Part shown: one piece after another, positions 28,801 to 38,819 of the stretch
Layout of the letters: every line of letters begins with the position of its first letter
Position numbering within the stretch: the first letter of the stretch is position 1
Source: Actinomycetes bacterium
Lineage (GTDB): Bacteria; Actinomycetota; Actinomycetes; S36-B12; CAIYMF01
Length of the DNA: 64,000 nt
Assembly (NCBI GenBank): GCA_029781935.1
Contig: JAKOVT010000470.1
Location: 22,247 to 86,246 of the forward strand
Direction: 5' to 3'
The notes under the pieces: generated by a model
Database searches by the model: none
Seen by the model: the letters and a program-made list of their open reading frames with translations, nothing else
Told to the model about the DNA's origin: nothing
Translations under genes and position numbers: made by a program

Positions 28801-31583
28801 TCGCCGACCTGTCGATCGCGAAGACGAGCATCGGCGCGGTCGTGGCCGGCGCCGACGCCACCTACGAGCTCGAGGTACGCAACCTCGGACCGTCGGTGTC
28901 GCGCGGCCCGATCCGGGTCACCGACACGCTGCCGGCCGGCACCACCCTGGTGAGCGCCACCGGCACGGGCTGGACGTGCGTCCCCGGCACCGGCTCGGTC
29001 ACGTGCACCCGTGCGGCCGACCTGGCCGCAGGCGCGGTCGCGCCGGTGATCACCGTGGTCGCCTCCGTGCCCCCGGGCGCCGTGGGCTCGATCGTCAACA
29101 CCGCGACCGTCACGGCGACCACCACCGACCCGAACCCCGGCAACAACACCGACACCGACACGAGCACGCTCGACACGCTCGCCGACCTCGCGATCGTGAA
29201 GTCCCACACGGGATCCGCGACGGCCGGCGCGCAGTTCACCTGGTCGCTCGACGTCACGAACAACGGCCCGTCGAACTCGCCCGGGACCATCACGGTCACC
29301 GACGCCCTCCCTGCGGGGACCAGCTTCGTGAGCGCCACCGGAACCGGGTGGAGCTGCAGCGCAGCCGCCGACATCGTCACCTGCGACCGGACGGCGACCC
29401 TCAACGCGTCGCAGGCCGCGCCGACGATCTCGGTCGTCGTGCTCGTCGACGCGTCGGTCGGCCCGTCGTTCCTCGTGAACGACGCGAGCGTCGACGGTCC
29501 GCTCAACGACCCCGACCCGAGCAACAACGCCGACCTCGACGCCGTGCCGGTGATCGACCGGGCCGACGTTGCCATCACCAAGACGACCACCGGCACCAAC
29601 CCGGTGGCCGCGGGCGCGGCGACCCAGTTCACGCTCGTCGTAGACAACAACGGCCCGTCGACCGCCGACTCCGTGGTCGTACGTGACACCCTGCCCGCGG
29701 GCATCACGTACGTGTCGTCGAGCAGCACCGGCTGGTCGTGCACGATCAGCGGCCAGGACCTCGAGTGCACGCGGCCGTCGATGCGGCCGGGCAGCTCGAC
29801 GATCACCGTCGACGTCACCGTCGGCAGCGGTGTCGCCGACGGCACCACGATCACGAACACCGCGACCGTCGCGACGACGACGCCCGGCGACGACCCGCTG
29901 AACAACACCAGCTCGTCGACCGTGTCCGTCGTCGGCTCGGCCGACCTCGTCCTCGACAAGTCGCACGACGCCGCCTACGACACGGTCGTCGCCGGCACCG
30001 AGGCGGAGTTCCGGATCGACGTCCGCAACGACGGCCCGTCCGACGCGCAGGCCGACGTCGTCATCACCGACACGCTCCCGGCCGGCCTCACCTACCTGTC
30101 GAGCACCGGGCCGTGGACCTGCGTCCCCGGCACCGTCACCCCGGCGGGCCAGGACGTCGTCTGCACGGCGACGAGCGGCACGGCCCTGCCTGCCGGGGCG
30201 GCCGCGGGGCGCCTGACCCTCCTCGTCGCCGTCTCGGCCTCGGCCGACTCGGGCACCTACACCAACAGCGCGACGGTGGTGTCGGGCACGACCGACCCGG
30301 TCCCGGGCAACAGCACCGACACCGACTCCATCGAGGTCACGCGCCTGGCCGACCTCTCGGTCACCAAGTCGCACACCGGCCCGGTCCGCGTGGGCGACCC
30401 GCTGTCGTTCACCCTCACGGTCGCGAACGCCGGCCCGTCCGAGGCGCGCGACGTCGTCCTCACCGACACCCTCCCGGCGGGCCTGACCTACGTCAGCGCC
30501 ACCGGCGCCGGCTGGACCTGCGGAGCCGTCGGCGCGGTCGTCACCTGCGACCTCGGTACGCCGCTGGCCCCGGGCGCGACGGCCGCGCCGGTCACGGTGA
30601 CCGCGACGGTCGAGGCGTCGGCGTACCCGTCGGTCGACAACACCGCCACGGTCGACGGCTCGACCGTCGACCCCGACCCGACGAACAACACGGCCACCGA
30701 CACCGTGACGGTTCCGCCGCTGGTGAACCTCGCGATCACCAAGGCGCACACCGGGACGCTGCAGGTCGGCTCGACCGCGACGTACACGCTCGAGGTCACG
30801 AACGACGGGCCGACCGACGACCCCGGCCCGATCACGGTGACCGACCCGCTCCCGGCCGGCCTCGCCTTCGTGAGCGGCACCGGCACCGGGTGGACCTGCT
30901 CGGCGTCCGGCCAGGACGTCACCTGCGAGCGGGTCTCCGGCCTCGCGACCGGGTCGTCGACCTCGATCGCGCTCGTGGTCGACGTGCTCGCCGCGGCGTA
31001 CCCGACGGTGACCAACTCCGCGACCGTGGCGACGCCGTCCGAGGAGACGACGCTGGCCGACAACACCGCGACCGACCCGGCCACCGTGAACCCGCTGATC
31101 GACCTCGGGATCACCAAGGAGGTCGGCTCCTTCGACAAGACCAGCCGGATCGCGACGTGGGTCATCACCGTGACCAACCACGGCCCGAACGTGTCGACCG
31201 CTCCGATCGTCGTCTCCGACACGCTGCCCTCGACCCTGGTCTTCCAGTCGGCGGGCGGCCCCGGCTGGACGTGCGGCCTGGCCGGCCAGACGGTCACGTG
31301 CACCCGTGTGGGCGACCTCGCGGTCGGTGCCTCGTCGGCCTTCTCCGTCGTCACCTGGGTGAACGCGCCTGCGGGCACGACGGTCGTCAACACCGCGGAG
31401 ATCGACGGCGGCGACCCCGACACCGACAACAACAAGGGCACCGGCGAGCTGCCGCTCCCGGACACCGGCGGGCTCTCGCCGACCGGCGCCGACCTGCAGC
31501 TGCTCCTCCTGGCCCTCGGGCTGCTCGTCGTGGGCGTCCTGGCCCTGCTGGGCTCGCGCCGACGGGCGTCCGAGGAGGACTGA
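22887..31583 (+). CDS. Giant (2898 aa) cell-wall-anchored surface protein with about 18-19 DUF11/isopeptide (CnaB/pilin-like) Ig domains
   Basis: Signal peptide; repeated ADLxxxK...VxNxGPS...DTLP...GWxC...NTA units; C-terminal LPDTG/LSPTG, TM helix and RRR tail. Confidence 0.9.
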   Translation: MLRTFRRTRGRLAALMAAALAVTTAAVAATAPPAAAAGTPGITLSVGAPGSVLSGGTVPITLTAANPASNPGAVPEYNLSFTTLLPVGLTYAAGSSSPSSAGEPTVSTNPSTGQQTLVWRNVSDLQVADSFALSFRAQSDPVVLPVGAQFAVIGGAYASTDPRKVPAFTATGAPVAGSYTESATASTGVTTLSALEVTKAEPSPEGELLRGVHDQVTTYTLTVKNTSVASSTGVVLTDYLPANLELLLCGGVDNSAGPEYPGAPSLSATPVLSPCVTPASVSTVLNPPAQGTTVYPPGVYTRVQWNLGTLAAGATATVRYRAGIPLRANTMSFGGTTPTPASLQQASNLDNNTGASTRETATEASATNTARVTGTYTGPLAPGGSSSAAADTTHTVSVEDVRMRKTASTSQFATAGRVQYTLTIDTSEYASASGIAITDVIPDGMCPLGGAGTNYTPGTPSECAGSAGTAPSSPISSVTANPNGTFTVVFSPLGPVAADGTTTLTYWAGMRTNYGGGDPTSNGDSFTNTASLTATTTPIPGTGETGAQTVTDTSSSTIGTGNLTLDKTIGPRSMAGVCGTDGTGYGEPSSFAPSETKFGKGDVVCFKLRIDFDSLTKTRNPVVTDFLPVGTEYVAGSAVATTNDQRAPAVLTTTADSLTWTLGTTAGSGAKYVDLGAVFEWVFAVRVTDAAPVGSPDILGNSMKLRTEDSAGRGRSYRDEVDFTIVPAAPLRVVKGVQSVDSPAAGPNGLNSNVDGLPVREGSVVRFRIDLTNDGSAGTSTNYAVGGVDLWDVLPEHVRCVDVANISGLGSIATTPVIRCTDPGDPNQPSFALNGSRSAIRWTYTLDTSANLAAQGLAPGASWTATYDMTVPAPTAAGFTFLNTAAVRSYSALTNLPVSGAGATTTYFPQSNIDTSLPVDQQDAPAASDTSSVITPKVAVGKVGTTSITETNNNTANQATIGELVTYRYAVTIPAGTSVFDGSLTDALPTGFVLTTPTPTAEFCPSAPTPTVPEPLPACASPAALPAGVSLNTVTGALTLAGIYDNSTAVPQRFMVTVTAKVTGTALTTAQNNVNRVNTARFLGDDRLGGQPLPAVTATYTVNVRQPNPAIVKTNDRPGTVIGGQTVTYTIAVTNQNSASSITNRPPLHDAFVVDCLPSGLTFAAYGANPGLTPVAGDGTNGCAVGTTRLVWALGSVPASLTATTRTYTATVNLSAVGGDSYTNTARLTGSTLNDGKPAFNSPDNPDERVYNVTDPSTVVVAGNGLVKSVDEPIRTIGQVATYTISALVPPNTTFFDAALLDTVPAGLSAPSVQSTACVIVLTGDPCPGFTVTALTPVAAPGGATKYGWGVGDLLGSPNARRLSLTYTSVVTDVPGNTAGTALTNTATDVWFSTDGNNPTSAGAPFDRIGATDTATVTVVEPQLSISKAVSDTTPDPGQPFDYTLTVRNATGATVSDAFNTVVTDVVPLGVVVDVVNNGGILTGADPVRGGGTITWPATDLPGPLAPGQTYSLGYSAHLAPSPTITAAPLTNTARVTSYEGLPSGGRVYAGPATTAVVTPQFPTLVTSKAATDGAPAYLGTPYTWTVTVTNTGNGPGFAIGTTDDLPLNWTYDTGSAQIRVAGGPAFAKEPTVLTSGAQKRLVWFDLGDLQPGQALTITYRATPQAAVVTSPGVGASVAQTNTAVADGLDATDEPGNATGQYGNRPGSAVTRIDSADVRIVKSHSGSPVAGATFTWSLAVSNLGPDRAVGPFVVTDTVQSPATLVSASGTGWSCSVVGQALTCLRTNGADTLASGAVFPAISVRVTTPATTASGTVLTNTADVTARTYDPQLSNNTSTDTATVTTAADLAVTKSHAGPAIAGQDITWTVDVVNNGPSVSLGPITVVDTLPTGSTLASASGTGWVCTPGTGAVTCVRAADLAPGAAAPQITVVTTIAPGQTGSITNTAQVSGTTTDPVPGNNTGTDTVAVTALADLSIAKTSIGAVVAGADATYELEVRNLGPSVSRGPIRVTDTLPAGTTLVSATGTGWTCVPGTGSVTCTRAADLAAGAVAPVITVVASVPPGAVGSIVNTATVTATTTDPNPGNNTDTDTSTLDTLADLAIVKSHTGSATAGAQFTWSLDVTNNGPSNSPGTITVTDALPAGTSFVSATGTGWSCSAAADIVTCDRTATLNASQAAPTISVVVLVDASVGPSFLVNDASVDGPLNDPDPSNNADLDAVPVIDRADVAITKTTTGTNPVAAGAATQFTLVVDNNGPSTADSVVVRDTLPAGITYVSSSSTGWSCTISGQDLECTRPSMRPGSSTITVDVTVGSGVADGTTITNTATVATTTPGDDPLNNTSSSTVSVVGSADLVLDKSHDAAYDTVVAGTEAEFRIDVRNDGPSDAQADVVITDTLPAGLTYLSSTGPWTCVPGTVTPAGQDVVCTATSGTALPAGAAAGRLTLLVAVSASADSGTYTNSATVVSGTTDPVPGNSTDTDSIEVTRLADLSVTKSHTGPVRVGDPLSFTLTVANAGPSEARDVVLTDTLPAGLTYVSATGAGWTCGAVGAVVTCDLGTPLAPGATAAPVTVTATVEASAYPSVDNTATVDGSTVDPDPTNNTATDTVTVPPLVNLAITKAHTGTLQVGSTATYTLEVTNDGPTDDPGPITVTDPLPAGLAFVSGTGTGWTCSASGQDVTCERVSGLATGSSTSIALVVDVLAAAYPTVTNSATVATPSEETTLADNTATDPATVNPLIDLGITKEVGSFDKTSRIATWVITVTNHGPNVSTAPIVVSDTLPSTLVFQSAGGPGWTCGLAGQTVTCTRVGDLAVGASSAFSVVTWVNAPAGTTVVNTAEIDGGDPDTDNNKGTGELPLPDTGGLSPTGADLQLLLLALGLLVVGVLALLGSRRRASEED

Positions 31584-31597
31584 CGTAGGGTCGGCCT

Positions 31598-32644
31598 GTG
31601 GAGGTCGTCGACTGGGGTCTGGCCCGCACGACCGGGCGCCGCTTCGCGCCCGGTGGACCCGGCACGACCCCCGAGGAGGCGCGGGCCGCCGTCGCCGAGC
31701 TCCGGGCCCTGGCGCGGTACGCCGTCGGCCCGGTGCGCGAGCGCACGGGCCTCGACGCCGGCGACGCCCCGGACGCGGTGATCGTCGACCGCGGCGCGTG
31801 GGTCGACAGCAACGTCGACGGCTTCCGGATCGTGCTGGCACCGCTGCTGGAGAAGATGGCGACCGAGCAGGCGTCGGTGGTCACCGCCTTCGGCTCGCGC
31901 ATCACCGCGCTGCAGATGGGCGGGGTGCTCGCCTACCTCTCCGGCAAGGTGCTCGGCCAGTTCGAGGCGTTCACGACCACGCGCGAGGGCCGCCTGCTCC
32001 TGGTGGCGCCGAACATCGTGACCGCCGAGCGGCACCTCGACGTCGAGCCCCGCGACTTCCGCCTCTGGGTGTGCCTGCACGAGGAGACCCACCGCGCGCA
32101 GTTCGGCGGCGTGCCGTGGCTCGGCGGGCACCTCATCGCCGAGATCCACGACTACCTCGCCCTCGCCGACTCCAGCGCCGGCGAGGTGCTGCGGCGCTTC
32201 CGGCACGGCCTCGGCGCGATCGGCGCCGCGGTGCGCGGCGACCCGGACGCCTCTCTCGTCGACGCCGTGCAGAGCCCCGAGCAGCGCGAGGTCTTCGACC
32301 GCATCACCGCGCTCATGAGCCTGCTCGAGGGGCACGCCGACCACGTCATGGACGAGGTCGGCCCCGACATCGTCCCGACCGTCGCGATCATCCGCGAGCG
32401 GTTCGACCAGCGCCGCAACGAGCCGGGCGCGGTCGACGGCCTCGCGCGCCGCCTGCTCGGCCTCGACGCGAAGATGCGGCAGTACTCCGACGGACGCGCG
32501 TTCGTCACCCACGTCGTCGACCAGGTCGGGCTCGAGGGCTTCAACCGGGTCTGGACCTCGCCGGCGACCCTGCCGAGCAGGGACGAGATCCTCGACGCCG
32601 AGGCCTGGTGCCGCCGGGTCGCGCCCGACCTGCTCCCCGCCTGA
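31598..32644 (+). CDS. Zinc-dependent metalloprotease (DUF2342, F420-biosynthesis-associated type)
   Basis: VLGQFE, LLVAPNI, WVCLHEETH, MSLLEGHA; usual neighbour of tilS. Confidence 0.9.
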   Translation: MEVVDWGLARTTGRRFAPGGPGTTPEEARAAVAELRALARYAVGPVRERTGLDAGDAPDAVIVDRGAWVDSNVDGFRIVLAPLLEKMATEQASVVTAFGSRITALQMGGVLAYLSGKVLGQFEAFTTTREGRLLLVAPNIVTAERHLDVEPRDFRLWVCLHEETHRAQFGGVPWLGGHLIAEIHDYLALADSSAGEVLRRFRHGLGAIGAAVRGDPDASLVDAVQSPEQREVFDRITALMSLLEGHADHVMDEVGPDIVPTVAIIRERFDQRRNEPGAVDGLARRLLGLDAKMRQYSDGRAFVTHVVDQVGLEGFNRVWTSPATLPSRDEILDAEAWCRRVAPDLLPA

Positions 32645-32647
32645 CCC

Positions 32648-33622
32648 GTGGCCGACGACGCGCGGCTCGCCGTCCGGCGCGCGGTCCGCGACGCCCTCAC
32701 CGACCTGGCTCCCGACGACCTCGTCCTCGTCGCCTGCTCCGGCGGCCCCGACTCCGTCGCGCTGGCGGCCGCGGCTGCGGCCGAGCGCCCGCGGGTCGGC
32801 GCGGTCGTCGTCGACCACGGGCTGCAGGCGGGTTCCGCCGGCGTCGCGTCGCGCACGGCCGGGTGGCTGACCGAGCAGGGGCTCGACCCGGTCGAGGTCG
32901 CCACGGTCGCCGTCGGCTCCGAGGGCGGGCCGGAGAACGCGGCCCGGGTGGCGCGGTACGCCGCGCTGCAGGACGCCGCCGAGCGGCACGGCGCCGCCGC
33001 CGTCCTGCTCGGGCACACGCTCGACGACCAGGCCGAGACGGTGCTGCTCGGCCTGGCGCGCGGCTCGGGGACGCGCAGCCTCGCCGGGATGCCGGCGGTG
33101 CGCCCTCCGTTCCGCCGCCCCCTGCTCGGGCTGCGGCGTGCGCTGGTCCGCAGCGCGGTCCCCGAGGGTGCGCCGGTCGTCGACGACCCGCACAACGACG
33201 ACCGCCGCTACGCCCGCGTGCGGGTGCGCCACGAGGTCCTCCCCGTGCTCGAGGGCGAGCTCGGACCCGGCGTCGCCGAGGCTCTCGCCCGTACCGCGTC
33301 GCTCGCCCGAGATGATGCGGACCTGCTGGATCTGCAGGCGGCAGAGGCGCTCTCGTCGGTCGCGGCCGACCGTGCCGACGGGCTGGACGCCGCCGCCCTG
33401 GGCGGTCTGCCCGCTGCGCTCCGGTCGCGGGCGGTGCGCGCCTGGCTGGTCGCCGGCGGCGTCCCCGCCGGGTCGCTGGGCGCCGAGCACGTCGACCGGG
33501 TGGTGGCGCTCGTGACCCGCTGGACGGGGCAGGGGGCCGTGGCCCTCCCGGGCGGTGTCGAGGCCGCGCGGTCGTATGGAAGGCTGCACCTGCGTCCGAC
33601 CCCGCCCCGCGAGGAGAGCTGA
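32648..33622 (+). CDS. tilS: tRNA(Ile)-lysidine synthetase
   Basis: [30 protein letters not shown]. Confidence 0.95.
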   Translation: MADDARLAVRRAVRDALTDLAPDDLVLVACSGGPDSVALAAAAAAERPRVGAVVVDHGLQAGSAGVASRTAGWLTEQGLDPVEVATVAVGSEGGPENAARVARYAALQDAAERHGAAAVLLGHTLDDQAETVLLGLARGSGTRSLAGMPAVRPPFRRPLLGLRRALVRSAVPEGAPVVDDPHNDDRRYARVRVRHEVLPVLEGELGPGVAEALARTASLARDDADLLDLQAAEALSSVAADRADGLDAAALGGLPAALRSRAVRAWLVAGGVPAGSLGAEHVDRVVALVTRWTGQGAVALPGGVEAARSYGRLHLRPTPPREES

Positions 33623-34173
33623 TGGAAGCCGTCGATCTCGGTACCGACCTGGAGAAGGTGCTGGTCGACGAGGAGTCGCTGCAGGCCAAGATCCGCGAGC
33701 TCGCCGCGCAGATCGACGCCGACTACGCCGGCCAGGACCTGCTGCTCGTCGGCGTCCTCAAGGGCGCGGTCATGGCGATGGCCGACCTGTCGCGCGCCCT
33801 CACCCTGCCGGTCGAGATGGACTGGATGGCGGTGTCGTCGTACGGCTCGGGCACCAAGTCCTCCGGCGTCGTGCGGATCCTCAAGGACCTCGACCGCGAC
33901 ATCACCGGCCGCCACGTGCTCGTGGTGGAGGACATCCTCGACTCGGGGCTGACCCTGTCGTGGCTGCTGCGCAACCTGCGCTCGCGCGGCCCGGCCTCCG
34001 TCGAGGTCCTCACGGTGCTGCGCAAGCCCGACGCCGTGAAGGTCGCGGTCGACGTGAAGTACACCGGCTTCGACATCCCGAACGAGTTCGTCGTGGGCTA
34101 CGGCCTCGACTACGCCGAGAAGTACCGCAACCTGCGGGTCGTCGGCACCCTCGCCCCGCACGTCTACTCCTGA
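33622..34173 (+). CDS. hpt: Hypoxanthine phosphoribosyltransferase
   Basis: [26 protein letters not shown]. Confidence 0.97.
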   Translation: MEAVDLGTDLEKVLVDEESLQAKIRELAAQIDADYAGQDLLLVGVLKGAVMAMADLSRALTLPVEMDWMAVSSYGSGTKSSGVVRILKDLDRDITGRHVLVVEDILDSGLTLSWLLRNLRSRGPASVEVLTVLRKPDAVKVAVDVKYTGFDIPNEFVVGYGLDYAEKYRNLRVVGTLAPHVYS

Positions 34174-34429
34174 GCGGTCCCCGGGGGACCTCACGGCTGC
34201 CACCTGCGGCGTCACCGGTTACGCCGGGGGTGAACGCGCGGCCACGGGGGAACAGAACCGGCCGCGGCGGCGTCATGATCGTCAAGGAGCCGTCTCGACG
34301 TACGCGGCCCGGCGCCCCCGCGCCGACCGCTGTACCCTCGTGACACTCGCGAGTTCCGCCCTCGGGCGGTAGTGCGGCCACCCCGGCCCGCACGGGACGT
34401 CAGGAGGTACGGGGCCCCGGCTCCGCATC

Positions 34430-36439
34430 ATGGACATCAGGCGCATCATTCGTGGCCCGGTCGTGTGGATCGTCCTCGCGATCCTCCTCGTCGTGCTCGC
34501 CAGCAGCCTGCTCACCAACGTGGGCGGGCCCAAGGACGTCGACACCTCGCAGGTCGTGACGGCCATCCAGAGCGGCAACGTCACCAAGGCGACCCTCGTC
34601 GGCGGCAGCGACCAGCGGATCGAGATCACCCAGACCAACGGCGACAAGCTGCGGGCCCAGTACATCGAGGGCCAGGGCGTCGAGCTGCAGAACATGCTCC
34701 AGGAGCAGGTGAAGGCAGGGAAGGTCCAGGACGGCTACAACGTCGAGAACCAGCGCGACTCGCTGCTGCTCTCGCTCCTGTACTCCCTGATCCCCGTCGC
34801 GCTCGTCATCCTCCTGCTCTTCTTCTTCATGGGGCAGATGCAGGGCGGCGGCAACCGCATCATGAACTTCGGCAAGTCCAAGGCCAAGATGGTCAGCAAG
34901 GACATGCCCAAGACGACGTTCGCCGACGTCGCCGGCGCCGACGAGGCGGTCGAGGAGCTCCAGGAGATCAAGGAGTTCCTCCAGGAGCCCGCGAAGTTCC
35001 AGGCCGTCGGCGCCAAGATCCCCAAGGGCGTGCTGCTCTACGGCCAGCCCGGTACCGGCAAGACGCTGCTCGCGCGCGCCGTCGCGGGCGAGGCCGGCGT
35101 CCCGTTCTTCTCCATCCCCGGCTCGGACTTCGTCGAGATGTTCGTCGGTGTCGGCGCCAGCCGCGTCCGCGACCTGTTCGAGCAGGCCAAGGCCAACGCC
35201 CCCGCGATCGTCTTCGTCGACGAGATCGACGCCGTCGGCCGGCACCGCGGTGCGGGCCTCGGCGGCGGCCACGACGAGCGAGAGCAGACCCTCAACCAGC
35301 TGCTCGTCGAGATGGACGGCTTCGACGTCACCGGCGGCGTGATCCTCATCGCCGCGACGAACCGCCCCGACATCCTCGACCCGGCGCTGCTGCGCCCGGG
35401 CCGCTTCGACCGCCAGATCGCGGTCGGCGCCCCGGACATGCAGGGCCGCACCGACATCCTCAAGGTGCACGCGCGCGGCAAGCCGCTCGCCCCGGGTGTC
35501 GACCTCGAGGCCGTGGCCCGTCGTACGCCGGGCTTCACCGGTGCCGACCTGGCCAACGTCCTCAACGAGGCGGCGCTGCTCACCGCGCGCCAGGGCGACA
35601 AGCTCATCGACAACCTCGCGCTCGACGAGGCCATCGACCGCGTCATCGCCGGCCCGCAGAAGCGCACCCGCGTGATGAGCGAGCACGAGCGCACCATCAC
35701 CGCCTACCACGAGGGCGGTCACGCCCTGGTCGCCGCGGCCCTGCCGCACACCGACCCGGTGCACAAGATCACGATCCTGCCGCGCGGCCGCGCCCTCGGC
35801 TACACGATGGTGCTGCCCGACCAGGACAAGTACTCGACCACCCGGTCGGAGATGCTCGACCAGCTCGCCTACATGCTCGGCGGCCGCGCCGCCGAGGAGC
35901 TGGTCTTCCACGACCCGACCACCGGCGCGTCCAACGACATCGAGAAGGCGACCGCGGTCGCCCGCGCGATGGTGACGCAGTACGGCATGACCGAACGCCT
36001 CGGTGCGATCCGCTACGGCCAGGAGCAGGGCGAGGTCTTCCTCGGCCGCGACTACGGCCACACGCGCGACTACTCCGAGGACGTCGCGGCCGCGATCGAC
36101 CAGGAGGTGCGCTCGTTCATCGACGCCGCGCACCACGAGGCGTTCGAGATCCTCGTCGACAACCGCGACGTGCTCGACGCGCTCGTCGTCGAGCTGCTCG
36201 AGAAGGAGACGCTCGACAAGGCCGACGTCGAGCGCATCTTCGAGCCGCTCAACCGGCGCCCGGTGCGTCCGGCCTGGACGGGCTCGTCGCGGCGCACCCC
36301 GAGCGACCGCGGTCCGGTGCAGGCGCCCAAGAGCCCTGCGGAGCTCACCGGGGCCAACGGCTCGAACGGCAACGGGTCGGTCAACGGCACCGCTGCCGGC
36401 GAGGCGGCTCCCGCCCCCGAGACCGAGCCGAGCGCGTGA
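34430..36439 (+). CDS. ftsH: ATP-dependent zinc metalloprotease FtsH
   Basis: Two TM segments, [37 protein letters not shown]. Confidence 0.98.
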   Translation: MDIRRIIRGPVVWIVLAILLVVLASSLLTNVGGPKDVDTSQVVTAIQSGNVTKATLVGGSDQRIEITQTNGDKLRAQYIEGQGVELQNMLQEQVKAGKVQDGYNVENQRDSLLLSLLYSLIPVALVILLLFFFMGQMQGGGNRIMNFGKSKAKMVSKDMPKTTFADVAGADEAVEELQEIKEFLQEPAKFQAVGAKIPKGVLLYGQPGTGKTLLARAVAGEAGVPFFSIPGSDFVEMFVGVGASRVRDLFEQAKANAPAIVFVDEIDAVGRHRGAGLGGGHDEREQTLNQLLVEMDGFDVTGGVILIAATNRPDILDPALLRPGRFDRQIAVGAPDMQGRTDILKVHARGKPLAPGVDLEAVARRTPGFTGADLANVLNEAALLTARQGDKLIDNLALDEAIDRVIAGPQKRTRVMSEHERTITAYHEGGHALVAAALPHTDPVHKITILPRGRALGYTMVLPDQDKYSTTRSEMLDQLAYMLGGRAAEELVFHDPTTGASNDIEKATAVARAMVTQYGMTERLGAIRYGQEQGEVFLGRDYGHTRDYSEDVAAAIDQEVRSFIDAAHHEAFEILVDNRDVLDALVVELLEKETLDKADVERIFEPLNRRPVRPAWTGSSRRTPSDRGPVQAPKSPAELTGANGSNGNGSVNGTAAGEAAPAPETEPSA

Positions 36440-37044
36440 CCCCCATCGACCCGGTGCACGTGCCCGAGCACGTCGTCACCGAGCCGTTCGACCACGCGCG
36501 CGCCGAGGCCGCCGTCCGCGAGCTGCTCATCGCGGTGGGGGAGGACCCCGACCGCGACGGCCTGCGCGACACCCCGGCGCGCGTCGCCCGGTCCTACGCC
36601 GAGCTGTTCGCCGGGCTGCGCCAGTCGCCCGAGGAGGTCCTCTCGACCACGTTCGACCTCGGCCACGACGAGATGGTGCTGGTCAAGGACATTGAGCTGT
36701 ACTCCACCTGCGAGCACCACCTCGTGCCCTTCCACGGCGTCGCGCACGTGGGCTACATCCCGAGCCACGACGGCCGCATCACCGGCCTGTCCAAGCTCGC
36801 GCGCCTCGTCGACGTCTACGCCAAGCGCCCGCAGGTGCAGGAGCGGCTCACCACGCAGATCGCCGACGCGATCGTGCGGATCCTCGAGCCGCGCGGCGTC
36901 ATCGTCGTCATCGAGTGCGAGCACCTGTGCATGTCGATGCGCGGCATCCGCAAGCCCGGCGCGAAGACCACGACGAGCGCCGTGCGCGGCCAGCTGCGCG
37001 ACCCCGCCACCCGCGCCGAGGCCATGAGCCTCATCGTCGGCTGA
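36436..37044 (+). CDS. folE: GTP cyclohydrolase I
   Basis: [34 protein letters not shown]. Confidence 0.97.
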   Translation: MTPIDPVHVPEHVVTEPFDHARAEAAVRELLIAVGEDPDRDGLRDTPARVARSYAELFAGLRQSPEEVLSTTFDLGHDEMVLVKDIELYSTCEHHLVPFHGVAHVGYIPSHDGRITGLSKLARLVDVYAKRPQVQERLTTQIADAIVRILEPRGVIVVIECEHLCMSMRGIRKPGAKTTTSAVRGQLRDPATRAEAMSLIVG

Positions 37045-37078
37045 CGCCGGCGTACCGCTGCGCCGCTAGCCTGACGCC

Positions 37079-37942
37079 GTGCCCGCCCGCCACCCGCTCG
37101 GACTCCCCGAGCACCTCGCTGCGGTCGACCGCTGCCTGGTCATGGGCGTCCTCAACGTCACGCCCGACTCCTTCTCCGACGGCGGTCTGTGGACCGACCG
37201 CGAGACCGCGATCGCGCACGGGATCGCGATGGCCGAGCAGGGCGCCGACCTCGTCGACGTCGGCGGCGAGTCGACCCGTCCGGGGGCGCAGCGGATCAGC
37301 ACGCAGACCGAGCTCGACCGGGTGGTCCCGGTGATCGAGGCGCTCGTCGCCGCCGGCGTCGTCGTGTCGATCGACACCATGCGCGCCGCGGTCGCGGTCG
37401 CCGCGGTCGAGGCCGGTGCCGCGGTGGTCAACGACGTGAGCGGCGGGCTGTCCGAGCCCGCGATCCTCGGTGCGGTCGCCGGGCTCGGCGTCCCGTACGT
37501 CGCGATGCACTGGCGCGGGTACGGCGACCGGATGCACGATAACGCGGTCTACGACGACGTCGTCGTCGACGTGTGCGCGGAGCTCGCCTCCCGCGCCCGC
37601 GACGCCGTCGCCGCCGGCATCGACCCGCGCAGCGTCGTCCTTGACCCGGGCCTCGGGTTCGCGAAGAACGCCGACCACAACTGGGCCCTGCTGCACCGGC
37701 TCGACGCGCTGCTCGACCTCGGGCACCCCGTGCTCGTCGGGGCGTCGCGCAAGCGGTTCCTCGGCTCGCTGCTGGCGGTCGACGGCGAGCCGCGCGCGAT
37801 AGAGCAGCGCGACAAGGCCACCGACGCCGTGAGCGCGCTGGCCGCTGCCGCCGGCGCCTGGTGCGTCCGGGTGCACGACGTACGCGGGACGCGCGACGCC
37901 GTCGAGGTCGCCGCCGCCTGGACGAAGGGGGACGGCCCGTGA
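37079..37942 (+). CDS. folP: Dihydropteroate synthase
   Basis: MGVLNVTPDSFSDGG, GGESTRPG, DPGLGFAK, SRKRF, RVHDV. Confidence 0.97.
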   Translation: MPARHPLGLPEHLAAVDRCLVMGVLNVTPDSFSDGGLWTDRETAIAHGIAMAEQGADLVDVGGESTRPGAQRISTQTELDRVVPVIEALVAAGVVVSIDTMRAAVAVAAVEAGAAVVNDVSGGLSEPAILGAVAGLGVPYVAMHWRGYGDRMHDNAVYDDVVVDVCAELASRARDAVAAGIDPRSVVLDPGLGFAKNADHNWALLHRLDALLDLGHPVLVGASRKRFLGSLLAVDGEPRAIEQRDKATDAVSALAAAAGAWCVRVHDVRGTRDAVEVAAAWTKGDGP

Positions 37943-38319
37943 GCACCACCTGGCCCGAGGGCCTGGACCGCGTCGCCGTCCACGGCATCACCGCGCGCGG
38001 CTTCCACGGCGTGTTCGACCACGAGAAGCGCGACGGTCAGACCTTCTCGGTCGACGTCGTCCTCGGGGTCGACACGCGCCCGGCCGCGGCGTCCGACGAC
38101 CTCGCCGACACCGTCGACTACGGCGCGGTCGCCGCGGCCGTCGTCGCCGAGATCGAGGGTCCCTCGCTCGACCTGGTCGAGACCCTGGCGCAGCGGGTCG
38201 CCGGCGCGTGCCTGTCGTTCGACGGCGTCCACGCGGTCGAGGTCTCCGTGCACAAGCCCGAGGCACCGGTCGGCGTCCCGTTCTCCGACGTGGTCGTCAC
38301 GATCGTGCGGTCGCGATGA
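37939..38319 (+). CDS. folB: Dihydroneopterin aldolase
   Basis: GFHGVFDHEK, DTVDY, LVETLA, HKPEAP. Confidence 0.95.
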   Translation: MSTTWPEGLDRVAVHGITARGFHGVFDHEKRDGQTFSVDVVLGVDTRPAAASDDLADTVDYGAVAAAVVAEIEGPSLDLVETLAQRVAGACLSFDGVHAVEVSVHKPEAPVGVPFSDVVVTIVRSR

Positions 38320-38819
38320 GGCGGGTGGCGTTCGGGCTCGGCGCCAACCTCGGCGACCGGATCGCGGCGCTGCAGGGCGCGGTCGACCTGCTCGCGCCGC
38401 ACCTCGACGAGCCGGCGGTGTCGTCGGTCTACGAGTCCTCGCCGGTCGGCGGCGTCGAGCAGCCCGACTACGCCAACGCCGTGCTCGTCGGCGGCTCCGA
38501 CGCCGAGCCGTCGGCGCTGCTCGAGCTCGCGCACGAGGCGGAGCAGGCCTGGCACCGCACCCGCGAGGTGCGCTGGGGGCCGCGCACCCTCGACGTCGAC
38601 GTCCTCGTGGTCGGCGACGTCGTGAGCGACGACAAGGTGCTGACCCTGCCCCACCCGCGGATCCGCGAGCGCGGCTTCGTGCTGCTCCCGTGGGCCGAGG
38701 TGGATCCGGCGGCGACGCTGCCCGACGGCACGCGGGTCGTGGACCTCGCCGCCGCCTGGGTCCCCGGCGACGACCTGGTCGCCCGGCGCGACGACGTCGC
38801 CCTGGTGGTGGCGTCGTGA
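38316..38819 (+). CDS. folK: 2-amino-4-hydroxy-6-hydroxymethyldihydropteridine diphosphokinase
   Basis: GLGANLGD, RWGPRTLDVD, LPHPR..ERGFVL. Confidence 0.95.
   Translation: MRRVAFGLGANLGDRIAALQGAVDLLAPHLDEPAVSSVYESSPVGGVEQPDYANAVLVGGSDAEPSALLELAHEAEQAWHRTREVRWGPRTLDVDVLVVGDVVSDDKVLTLPHPRIRERGFVLLPWAEVDPAATLPDGTRVVDLAAAWVPGDDLVARRDDVALVVAS

Noticed and set aside
22803-31841. 3012-aa minus-strand ORF, and other very long ORFs such as 1674-5189, 10668-14705 and 16961-20509
   Set aside because: Antisense or alternative shadow frames of GC3-rich genes; R/G/V/A-biased with no domain motifs
35100-35140. Fts[10 protein letters not shown] instead of the usual SISGSDFVE
   Set aside because: Single substitution with all catalytic motifs intact; may be a variant or a sequencing error
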